From: Balanoglossus misakiensis
Lineage: Eukaryota; Animalia; Hemichordata
Assembly: GCA_040954595.2 (NCBI GenBank)
Contig: CM082581.2
Coordinates: forward strand, 14,313,350 to 14,377,349
Length of the DNA: 64,000 nucleotides
Reading direction: 5' to 3'
Position numbers and translations under genes: made by a program. Shown piece by piece: positions 25,412 through 37,486 of this stretch; within the stretch, counting starts at the first letter, position 1, and every line of letters begins with the position of its first letter. Below the pieces are notes generated by a model. That model was not told the DNA's origin, ran no database searches, and saw only the letters and a list, made by a program, of their open reading frames with translations.

Positions 25412-28400
25412 ATGAAGTGTATTCTTGTGGTGATGAACCTGAGCATGCCTGATATTGTATATCTGGCTGCTGACAGACAGTTCACTAAACACATCAACAG
25501 GATTGCCCTTGAGAAAGGACTGCTGCAAGTAAGTGTGATTCAAAATGATGCCAATTTTCAGATGCATACACAATTATCAGATATGACATTTTACATCTTG
25601 CCGTCTGCATTTACAGGAAGAAGATGTAACAGATGAAGTTGACCTGAATGCTGCCACTCAGTTTTTCTCACCAATTGTTGCCTCTCAAGGAATGCTGGCC
25701 AATGAACTTGACAATCCTTACACATCCATCACTTGTGAAAATGGGTTCATATTTGTATTCAAAGAGGTAAGTTGCAACATGATCTGTAATCACAATGTCA
25801 TAAGTTTGCCAACTGACCAGTACAGCGCATCAATAGCTGATTGTGTAAATTGACCAAAATGTCCAGTTGGTTGTAGCCAGTAACGAGGGAATATTTTTTG
25901 CTGTTTACAGTATGGGGAGCATCTCTACATTGCTGTCAATGGTGACAGTGAGGAAGACGAGGCATTCTTGCAGAGAAAGCTTTTAGTTTTACACAGAATA
26001 ATAGGATTTTTATATGGACCAATAGTGGAAAAGTAAGTCAAGAATATACAAGAACAGTGATCCTTCAGTTATGAACTTTCAAACGATCATGCACAGTTTT
26101 CTTGTGCAATTTTCATAATATATTATAGTTGGTACATTTGAATGATACCAGATTTGACAGCTTTCAGGAGTTACCACAAAACTGCATGTAAAAGACACAC
26201 TTGTATTTTGATTGTCTTTCAGGCTGAGGCCAGACAAACAGGCAGATCGAGGAAAAGTCTGGCACAAAATGACCAGTTTGATGAACACGTGGGTCAGACT
26301 TTACAAAGAAGAGCAGTCATTTCTGTTGGAGGTAAAGTTATGAATTGACATGCATTGATTGTACACCGAGTTTTGATTCTAAATGTTAAATGCAGTCAGT
26401 GCATTTTCTAATGAGACTGTACTATGTTATTCACTAAAAACTGATAAATTTGCTACCACTCTGTCACAGGCTGTTGAAAGGCTTCACGTTGGACAGAGTC
26501 TGAATGAACTGTGTATCCACGTTTTGGAAATGAGCTTGTCCAAATTGAGAGCTGCCGGTGATCGATATCCCATCCATGCACTATTGACAGTGAATTCTAA
26601 ACTGTTGGCCTTGTATTCCAGGTAAGTTTGAAAGTAAATGCTCCTATGGTACAGCCGCGGTCATTTTCTTGTGTATATGGCTTCAACCACACCAAATAAC
26701 GATTGAGGCAGTTGACATTTATGCATACATGTATTTTCCTTTACAGTCGTAATGCAAATGAATTGCAATCTTCTGACCAGCTGCTGATAATTCTGATGGT
26801 GCAAGAACTGTACCCTTCATCCCAGACGCCAGAATACTTGACATCCACACTCCCGTCTCCAAAACCTTCCCCAGGTTTTGTTGCAGAGGGCGATGTTCAC
26901 CCATCAGCTGACTTCACCAGGGTGCAAGACAATGCTGAAGAAGTCAAGACAGAGACAGAAGGAAACATTGTTGACCTGGAACCAGATTCCCTTAATCCAG
27001 AAGCAGAGGTGGACCCGGACATACCAGGAGAGCCGGAAAAATGTCCTGAGGTCAAGGAAGAAGGTGGTGACAGGGTAAGTCTTTAGGTTGGGTTTGAATT
27101 CATCTACAAAATGTTTAGCTTCATTTGCCAATTGTAAGTAAGTAAGTGTGTGTGTGTGTGTGTGTGTGTGCGTGCATGCCTATACTTACTAGAAATGTTA
27201 CAGATAAAGTGACGGATTTTAACCCTTTCCCCACCATGGTTTGGTCCAAATCCATTGTTTTCTATGGTAAAGTTGGACCCCTATAAAGGGAAATGGGGGT
27301 ACGTGAAAGTGTTCAGTAATTTATCTGATCTCGATTCCAATTGATCATTTCACACCAGCTGTCATCGTCGGAGTATGGTAGTCCGATGTCAACTCCGGAG
27401 AGGAGCAACACTCCAGAGCAAGTCTTCACTCCCATGGAAACCGGCACACCAGAAGCTGCAAGGATTTATGGGATACCCAATGCAGGAGAAGCAGAAGCCA
27501 AGTACCACGCGAGTACATCAACACCCATCCGTACCCGAGTTATGTCTGCACCAGCAGCGGCGACCTCTGACCCGTATGTTACACCAATAGAGGGCACCAC
27601 TCCTGGGAAATTTGTCAGGAAGTTCAAACAGAGGTTGTCAGAAACAAAGCGGAGTTCGTCGAACTCTGTGGAAGTAAGCTCTGTAATTTTTGGAAGACAT
27701 GGGAAACTTTTCTCATTTCCATAGAACATAGTCATCGTGCGCTCATACTAATAGTAATACTTTCTGTGGTTCTCAGACAATTTCACATAAAATAAACGTC
27801 TATAAATTCTCTTCAAAAAAGTAAACAATTCACACCTAGGTAAAATATGTTTACATAGGGTTTGTGATACTTCTTCAAAATAAGGGTAACAAGAAGTATA
27901 CCTACAGGAGAATGCTATACCTTACATTTGTGTATTTTATTTTTATTGAAAGGATGACTTCTATGGATCTGCCAGTCATTCAATTCCAGGAATGTCAGAG
28001 AGCAGCTACCAGGTTGTGGGTTCTGATTTCAGTGATTCTAGACTCTTGCCACCGGAGTCACAGCGGATACCGGTGTTTCTACGAACATCATCATCAGTCT
28101 ATTCTCCACATGAACTGCACATCATTCAAGTTTTACCAGAAACAGTACTGGTGGTCATCACTGAGGTAAGATAGACTGGTTAATAGACCTTGTTCTGAAC
28201 TCCGCGAGATCTCATGTGGCTAGGCAGTTTATATTGGAGGATATTACTGTAACACAGGTGATGACTGATGAAAAAAATTTCAATCACACATACTTTGTAT
28301 CAATCTGAATTCTTTACTACAGATCAAGAGCAGTTTGGCCGGGCTGCTAACTCGAAGTCTTGCCACGCTTGAATTGATCATGAGGATTGCAAACTCCCCG

Positions 28401-30502
28401 GCTAAAAGAAGCAGCGAAAATATAAACGGGAAACTGGTCGTCGAAACCTTGGACATCAACGTCAAGAAAATCTGCGAAATTGCCAAGAAATTCAGTCAGT
28501 ATGGAAGAGTAAGTTGGCTTTGGATATGTTTCCACTCTGAAAATCTTCAGTGCAAAATTGAAAACAACAAGCAATAATGGAAGAGTGATTACAGTCTATA
28601 AAATCACTTTCTACTATGGACATTGATAGTAGTAGTACATGTACATGAATTGCAGATGGAAAGTTTGCACTTGGACCACTGCATTGAGGGAGAATTCTAG
28701 ATGACTTTTATTCTCTGATTTAATTATTGTATATAATATGTCTGATTTGATTTCCTTCTTTCTTTTTTTGACAGACTGCTGTACAGGTCTCGAGCAATAC
28801 TCTGCCAATCAAATGGGATAATCTTAAAAAGGCTGGGTTTTTAGAACATTTGGATTTTTGCTTGGGTGAAAATATGTCTCCAAGGTGAGCCAAATGTCTT
28901 CAAACCACCACTGGAGTGTCCTTATGAAACTCACTCCCAGAGTAGTAGCGGCATATTCAATTTTAAAATGCAGTTTCCTGAAAATGGTGAATTGATTCTG
29001 ACCACAAATCTTTCCGAATGAACGACTGTTTGTGCTGGTCAATTTATCTTTAATATGTTGGGTCAAATATTGCATTTGCAGGTTGGAAACGTGTTTGTCA
29101 GAAGTCATCAAGTGCCTCAAGCATATCTTCCAAGTGCGATTTCTGTCTCGGTCCAACATACCCCACCAGAGATATTTGGACACGGTCAACAGCATCGAAA
29201 CGACAGCAGAGAAGAAATTGAGAGACTACAGGGAGTATCTGTCTGTCAAAGGTCAGAGGAATATCGCCATGACTGCGTACATGGAAGACTTCCCAGGATT
29301 GGTTCATTTTATCTACGTCGACCGGACAGTTGATTTGCTAACAGCGCCCTCTATCAATGCAACAAACGGTAATCTGAAGGATGATACAGACCCTTCACAA
29401 CTTCTGAAGAAGAAAGTGAGTCAAATCATAAAAAAATATTGTCATAAAATATTCAATTTCCATGTAGTATGAGTTTTGTGCATGCTATGTAGCAATTCCA
29501 ATTGCAGACAATTATTTTAGTTGTTAAAAATCTAAAAAAAATCCTTTTTGAAGTAAAATTGGAGCGGTTTTTGTGAGATTTTATTTAGAAGTTATGAACA
29601 CGTTCTCATGCAGAAAAAAGATACACCAAGATACCTTTGTTACAATTTACACTGCAATCTGTGTTTTGTGTACTACTCTGCATATTCCAGATATGGGAGA
29701 TGGTTAAAAACTGTCAAAGCTACTTACAGAAAGGTTTTATATCAACGATGAGACGTGAAGGGGATTATTACTATACTTACTTCATATGGTTTGAAGATCC
29801 TATGGTAAGTGTAAACAATGCATCCTGCTTACAATTCATCAAAGAGAAACTGTTCATTGTTCATTGCATGAAGTGCATTGGGTGTGAAATTCTGAATGCT
29901 ATGTGTCTACCTTATATTAAATTTTGGGTTTCTTATTTTCACAGGGCAATCCACTACGCATGCTACAACCACCGAAAATAGATATTGATGGTACGCCCGT
30001 TGGTATTCTAGCAGGACATTTCTATCGGTCGGTATCATCACGGATTTCTGTATTTATTCCATGACAGTAATAGTGGCTGGAAAGCAGACAGCAGATTGCC
30101 AATATGCCCAGCAATGTTGATACATGTAGCCATAAAATGTCAATGATATTGTTCAGTGATTAGTGAGGGACTCTGAAAGTTGAACGGCCGCGGCTCATGC
30201 ACCATGAACTCCATGTTCACTTTGAAACATACCAGTAACTTTAGCTAATTGAAAGTTTAATGCAAGCTAACTTTTATGCATTAATTTCTGACTACCAGTA
30301 TTTCTGTTTTCCTTTCCATCTCAGAAAATTGGTACGGCAGTGTTTTCCCAATGTGTCGCTGGGAGCTGTGCATTGTTTTGAACTGATGTGCATGCATGTG
30401 GGCGTGGTACCAGTGCAATACGTGGTCAATCACTGTCACAACTTGGCTGCCAAGCTGTGGGAGACATCCGGAGAACTTAACTCCCCCATCAGTCTATTGT
30501 AG
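25412..30502 (+). CDS. HPS1: Hermansky-Pudlak syndrome 1 protein (BLOC-3 subunit; about 836 aa, 14 coding exons)
   Basis: Exons 25412-25528, 25617-25766, 25911-26032, 26223-26331, 26470-26621, 26747-27074, 27359-27673, 27953-28165, 28323-28508, 28775-28884, 29082-29415, 29691-29804, 29945-30027, 30325-30502. MKCILV start, EEQSFLLEAVERL, HALLTVNSKLLALYSR, YREYLSVKGQRNIAM..Y.EDFPGLVHFIYVDR, Y.YFIWFED, CFELMCMH. Confidence 0.95.
27146..27170. repeat. (GT)n microsatellite
   Basis: About 12 GT units in HPS1 intron 6. Confidence 0.9.
27219..27315 (+). mobile_element. TTAA MITE copy, HPS1 intron
   Basis: TTAA-CCCTTTCCCCACCATGGTTTGGTCCAAATCCATTGTTTTCTATGGTAAAGTTGGACC...; right end diverged. Confidence 0.8.
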
Positions 30503-32117
30503 TCATGGAGATAGCCGTTGTCATGGACATAGCATCCGCCACTGATATAATGATGATGTGACTAATATCATCATGCACCAACAATTCGGATGGTGTTTAG
30601 TAAATCATCCTCGATGAAAGAGAATGAATGATGGTCATAGTAGTCACTGCAGTTAAAAAATAAATCTAAGATTTGAACAGCTTCAGTGACAGTAACCAGT
30701 GGTTGGGCATGACAGTTTGTCAAGCTTTTCAATCATGTGAAGCTTTCATTTTGTATTTACACATACGGAAATGGAATTAAAAGCCAATTATAACAAATTC
30801 TGCTGGGGACAGTATAAACACTGAGTGACGAATCTCAATTCACCTTGAACCCTCTAACCTATCAAAGTTTGCAGCTGTTTGGATGGTCAGTTAGTCACTC
30901 AGCATTGTGACACACAACATAAAACTTTGACCTGTTTATTCTTCCACACAAAAGTGTGTACATTTTGTTTGTGATTGCCAAAAATTTAATAAAAAATACT
31001 CTTCTGTAAACACTGACAGTATCCGGATGAGATGTAAGTACAATTGGAGTAACTGCCATCGCGATTCATTAGTAACTGCATAGAATATAAATGGCACACA
31101 TTATGTTGAAAATTTTCGCTGTCAGAGATACAGAGTCCCTAAAAATTCACTCTGAAAATTTACAAATCTGATTGGAAGGATACACTTTTTCTGATTTACT
31201 GTATACATGTATATATATTTATTTCTACTTTAGCCTTTGATCTAAACTTTTTAAATTTTCAAGTAAAAAAAATTCTGTATAACAGTACCTATACAAAACA
31301 TAATAGAACCTACTGGTAAGCAATTTTCTTTTTATTCGACAAAATAACATAGTATGCCCACTATGAAACCAGCCTTTAATAGTAGCAGTAAAAGTTTGTG
31401 CATATTCTCATGAACAAAGAAAAGCAGCCACATTCTATCTGAATACTGAATTCTTCCAAATCTAATTGTATATGTAGTGTACAGCTATAGACCTCTTCCA
31501 CAGTATCTAGCCTCCTATACCTTTGCACTGGACAATGGAACAACCCATCCAAGTGGATCCTGTCTGTGGGTCATTCCAAACCAGTCAAATGGGGGCAATT
31601 CATACAAACGGAAGACTCTGAATCGCAACATGATTTCATTCTCGCCCCACCAGACTACGGATTTCTTTCGTTTCACTATCGAAATCACGTACTCTGGTTA
31701 AAATGGAGTACCGCGCTGGTATTTGAACATATTGGTAATGCATATTCATGAGATGACATCATTATAATCTGGCCAATCAAACTGCACGTTCTTCGCTCTC
31801 ACTCAGACTCAGAGCACTGCCACTGGAAGCCGCCATGTTGTTTAGAATGAGATGTAATGAGGTGCGTGAATGGGATGTAACAAGCAATCTGATTGGTTGT
31901 TGGATGTACTATGAAAGCGCCTAGACCAAATACTGAATACATGGCCGTATTATACCACGGCCTTTTTGCGGGGAGCAGAGCGCTGCCGTAAAAGGGCCGT
32001 GGTTTGCGACGATGCATGATTTCTGAGAACTCACATAAATATCACTGGAATCAAGGTCAGAATATTTGATTTTAAAAATTGTCCCCCCTCCCTGCAAAAA
32101 CAATAAATGAAATTTGA

Positions 32118-35100
32118 CTAAATCTCTTCCACAAAATTTGAAGGAAACATTCCAAAGTTACCGTCTGGACCATACCCCTGCCACCATCCATCATCTATCT
32201 TTTCAACATGCGTAATGATGTCACCAGGGTCAAAGGTTATCTCCGAGTCATCAGCTGTCAGGAGAAAAAAGTGAAATAAAATTTTCAAATGTTAGTCGTC
32301 AGAGCTGTGAAAACATGAAGCAACATGTACACATTCATGGGAACTTCAGTATAATAACCTTTGCATCTTGTTTAAAAAATCCAGCAAATATAGTTTACCC
32401 GGTACTATATTTACAGAGTATCACAATTATACAGTAGCTTACCGGCCTGATAATCATACAGAGCCCTAGCTTGTAATCCATCATCTTGAGGGCCAGCTGT
32501 GTCAGCATATTCTGTCTCTTCCATGGGTGGCGGTGGGGGCTGCGCGTCGTCGTACTGTGCTTCTGGTTCCGGTTCAGGTTGATACACCGGCACCTCGGGT
32601 TCCGGTTGGTATTCCCGCTCTTGCTCATAAATGGGCTCTGCTTGTCCTGAATTAGCCTGTGGAATGTTGTAACTCGTCTGCTCTTCTGATTTGGTAGAAC
32701 GATAAATTGTTTTTTTGATTAAAATTTTAAAATGAAAAAAAAAATCACACCTTAAATGGTTGGGGACTATTTCAGTTTTGCCTTCCAAAAGTAATTGTCA
32801 TTAGAAATGAACTGGATTGTCTACAAACCTCCCCAGTCATCTTCGGCCGTTTCCTCTTCATCTGAGTCCTGCCTGTATGGTGCTGGAGGTGGTGGGGCAA
32901 TCATGGCTGAGGCGGCCGGGGGCTGCGGTTGTGGAGCTGGCTCTGGTTCAGGTTCTAACTCGTACTGTGCCTGGGGTTCCGGCTCAGGTTCCAGCTCGTA
33001 CACTGGCTCCGGTTCTGGCTCATAGACTGGCTCAGGCTCTGCTGCTGGTGGCGGTGGTGGGGGCCCGGCAGCCGGTCGACTCGGCGGTGATCTGACTGGC
33101 TCAGGTGCTGGTGGGGGTTCGGGTGCTCCTGGTGGGGCTTGTCGTATTACTCTGGGTGGCGGCCTGGCCATAGGCTGGGGTGGAGGAGCTGCAGCCCTCT
33201 GCTCAAACATTTGCCTGGGATCATTTTCTCTCTGTTTGACCATTGCAGCCGCTTCCTGTAGAGGTTGAATTGACAGAGAATATTTAGAGTCCACACAGGG
33301 CCAAGCAACGAAACTACTTCTCTCTACTCATCTGCTTACAGATTATTCCAACATTCAACAATTACATTATAGTCATCCACAGGCTTACTATGACTGGCTT
33401 TTTGACATACAGAAGTCACAAGTTCAAAGTCACACCATGATTGTGCCCCCAAAGACCACCTATCATGAAGTAAAAACTACCTGGTATTTAAATGTAGCGA
33501 AAAACAGCATCACACATGAACAGCTGCAGATAGTGAAATCCACTCCTTTGACTTGCATACAATGTAGATTACCCTGAACAAGTTAAATTCATAATTTGAA
33601 ACTCACTGCAGCTTTTCCTCCTGTGTGTGCATTTCTGTGTCCGCGTCCTTCATCTTCTGCCATCTGAGCTTCCTGTTAAACAGAAACAGTAGTACATGTA
33701 TGGTTGGAAGTAGTTACCACATGAGAACTTGAACCAGAGCATACAGCAATACCGCTTAGCACGGAAAACAGCAGACAAAACCCAGTAAGCCTCATGACTG
33801 CCCCTAAAATGATCCAGGTTACTTTGTCACTGGGGGAATCTAGAGCTGACATTCAACTTGTATAACACATACCCATCTCCGTTTCTCTTCTTCTCTTTTA
33901 TGCTCATCTTCTTGTCTTTCTCTGGCTCTGCAAAACAGAAGTACAAATTCTTTTCAGAGAGTGTTCGCATGGAAAACCCAGAATGCGTATGAAGTGATAA
34001 AAAGGTGATAGATATCTTACTTTTGTTCACTGACAATCTTCATCCTCTCTGACATCTGTCTGTCTCTGTTGCTGGCTTCCTGAGCTTCTCTCTCTTTCCG
34101 TAGTCTATCCGCCTTCTCCCACTCTCGTCTCTTCTCTTCCTTCTCTGCCTTCAGTCGCTCCTCTTCCTCTCTCTTTTTAAAACAACAAATTGACATCACA
34201 ATAAACAAACTCCGATGATCAGTAGGATACAGTACAATGAATTAAGTCTGTCAAAATTTGCAGAAGCAAGTTTTAAGTCGTATTCTTTCTCCTTGTATTG
34301 GAGTCTGGATAACCAGATGGCTCGAAACAGCATAGTTAATCAAATTTTTATCCGTAGTCATATTTCAGTAAAGCCAGAAGTGATAACCATAATTGAGTTT
34401 TTTTTAAATATATAGCTGTGTACCAGGGCTTTTCCATAGAGGGAGAAAATATACCTTGAATAGTTGCTAAAAACACATATAAGACTGCTCTCCTGCGATG
34501 CCACTCACCTGTGTTTTGGCCCAAAACTCGTCCTTCTCCTTTTGTTGCTGTTTAATTTCCTGCATGGCTTTTGTCCGTTGATAAACTGAACCTACAGGTT
34601 TGGGCTCTGGGATTGGTTTTGCTTTCTCTTTGTGGAAACTATAGTTGGCACCAGAGGCCTTGGAGACTTTAGTTTCGAGTTCGCTCGTCTCAACGTCATC
34701 ATCTGTTCTGGCGTTGATGGTCACGTGTGCGCCCTGACAAAGATTCAAGTATATAATAAGTTGACAGCTTATGATAGAACACTGAGACAAACCCTAAGAG
34801 AGACCTGTGGTATTAGAACAAACATCTTAACATCCACTTTGGTGTGCATTGTGCTCTTTTACAAAATATGACACACAACTATTGCCGAGAGAAGATGATA
34901 ATTATCAGTTGAATATCTTACCCGCAATAAATTTGCCACATCCCTGGTATGACGGGAACAGATGCCTTTCTTGTCAGTGGGGGCACCTTCACCAACCTAC
35001 ATTAGCAAACAGGGTCAGACATTGGTTAAAACTCCTGCTGAATGTTTTTTGGACTTTGAGTAATCAGACTGCAAACTGTATTGTTATATAGACAGTTTTC

Positions 35101-36818
35101 ATGACATGAGTGATGACATTTTCTCCAGTGACCTGCAAACTTTTTTGTGGTGAACTGTGTACAGTGTAAGTCTGAAATATAGTGGACAGCTCACAGTGTT
35201 GTGATCAAGAGGCTGTACAGTTACAAGGGCTATGGAGCCATAATGCACAATGCAACTGGGTGGAAATTGTTACTTAGTAAGGCTTGACAAGATATCCACA
35301 ATTCTTATTTAGTATCTGGGGGGTCAGCTCAAACATCAATAAGTAGGTGATGCCATACTCACCCAATTAATAAGCACATATTTGGGCAACTTTGTGTTTG
35401 GATCCAGGACTCTGCAATAGGCATACATAATTTTACTACCACTGAGTTCGTCCACCAACTCATCCAGGTCATCTGTTTGTATATAAAAAATAAAAGAATA
35501 CAAAATACAGATATCAATCAGCTCTTTGGTGAATAAAGACATATGACACACTACAGAGCATTCAAAATGGATTTAGAAACTACACAGCAGGTCTGTGATA
35601 GAAATGACAAGCCAATTTATTTTTAGGCTGGCACAGGGATGTAATAAATATTGTTGAGCCAATATGCATGTAGCACATTACTGGTCACATGACAAACAAG
35701 GTTGCATCAGGAAGTAGCCAACTGACAGGTTGAACAATTGCGGCATTGTAAATCTCAGTTTGTTTCATCCCCTACTTCAAATCAATCAGAATAAATTTAT
35801 GCCTAAAAGTGCTTACAGAAACTTAATCAGACCAGTCAAACAAAAGGTTTCTGGTTGAATAGAATGATGGAATCAAAATATTTCCTACCTCCTGTTTCAA
35901 CAACTTTGAGCTCATAACTCTTTCCTTCATATCCAAACACAGCCCTGTAAGAGAGCGAGAATACGGCAAAAACATTACTGCTTGCAATGACCTTTATCGT
36001 GTTTATTAAAATTTGAAATCATTGCAATTGCATGCACTGCAGAGAGAGAGAGAGAGAGAGGATTAGGATGTTGTTTTGGCAGTTCATGTAGGAGTTTGCC
36101 ATGGCAAGACTTTATTCTTAAATTCCACCTACATAGCGAAAAACACACCATGCTTAGCTTTTGCTCAAATTGATCACTGTCCAGTGTACTGCATCATAAT
36201 AACTGCATCCCTGCACAGTCCCTCTATTACTAACAATAACAAGTTGGACTGTGATCACTGAAAGAACTGTTGACAAATATTTGCAATGAACAATATTTTT
36301 TCATCCCCACAATCATTTCAAAAATTCGATTTGATCTTCTTTTTCCATATCACAGTGACCCTGGCCTCCATTGTGGCCCTGACTAAACTTCACTTCCGCA
36401 TAGTGGATTTTATAGTACACACGACTGGTGTGGGCATCGGGTGACGGAAGTGCTGATTTACACCAGAGAGTTTGTAGATATGTATTATTTGCAAAGAAAG
36501 GACTCGCAATTTTAGTCGATGATGAGTTGGGTACGCTTTATTTTTCTTGTTGAACAAGCTAGTTTTAATTCTTGCAACTTGCGAAAGTTTGCAGGTAAGC
36601 GTCTACTGCTGAAAGGCGGAAGTGGAGAAAAATTGTCACACCCACCCGAGGCAAAAAATCATCGCCTGTCATATACACTTTCCCGTTTCTTTTCCCATCA
36701 TGAATGTGCGCAATATAGGTAATAACATTCCTTACCAGTTTATATCCTTTGACTCGTCTGAAACATCTTTCCAGGCTTTCACGAGCTCCGATTTGTACTT
36801 GAGGAAGCTGATAGCCAT
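32118..36818 (-). CDS. DBNL: Drebrin-like protein / ABP1 (ADF-H, coiled coil, Pro-rich, SH3; about 542 aa, 11 exons)
   Basis: Exons 36818-36736, 35944-35889, 35472-35363, 34996-34922, 34733-34509, 34172-34021, 33927-33873, 33672-33607, 33255-32829, 32685-32443, 32254-32118. [69 protein letters not shown]; SH3 [19 protein letters not shown]...IDDGWWQG...GMFPSNFVE. Confidence 0.96.
36041..36060. repeat. (AG)n microsatellite
   Basis: 10 AG units in DBNL intron 1. Confidence 0.9.
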
Positions 36819-37486
36819 GATGACTTTAGGCCTTCTGGCAAACTTAATGTGTGTACCACGTCATCGTAAGATGTACACACCTATAAACACAATACCATAA
36901 TATACCGTAGACGGCGCAATTTTCAATGGCCGATCTTGAGTGATATGTGGAGGAGAATACGCTTGCGACGTTCCCCTGTGGTGTGCTCACACGAGAGGAG
37001 TCAAATACGTTTTTATCTAGAGGACTAATAGATAGTGATAGAATTAACTTTTTCGGCCCCAGCTTTACTATAGGGAAAACGGGTACTCGTGCGTGTTCCC
37101 AAAAGCACGGGGAAGTTTTTTTGTTCACCACAGCCACAGGGGAAAGGGAGCCTGTACTTTTTCCATAGACTTTTATTGAAAAGACCTAGGAACGGAGTAT
37201 CGTAACATTTTGAGGAACAAGCATGGGTATACATTTTCCCTGGGGATTGCTGCCAGTGGGGTCAACAAAATCTTAAAATACTATGTATACTGGGAACGGA
37301 GTGACATAAGCACATTATGGTCAACTTCAATTTGAAAATGGAGTTTTATTCACGTACTTTTTTCTTTTAAATTTGCGGTTCGATTTATCTCAGTTAGTAG
37401 TTTAGTTGTCGATAGTACATGTATCATCAACAGTTCAACGCCACAATGTCATCTTGCTGGCAAACGTCACTACATACCTACAATAT

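Noticed and set aside
32795-33095. Gly/Ser-rich plus-strand ORFs
   Set aside because: Antisense shadows of the Pro/Glu-rich DBNL exon.
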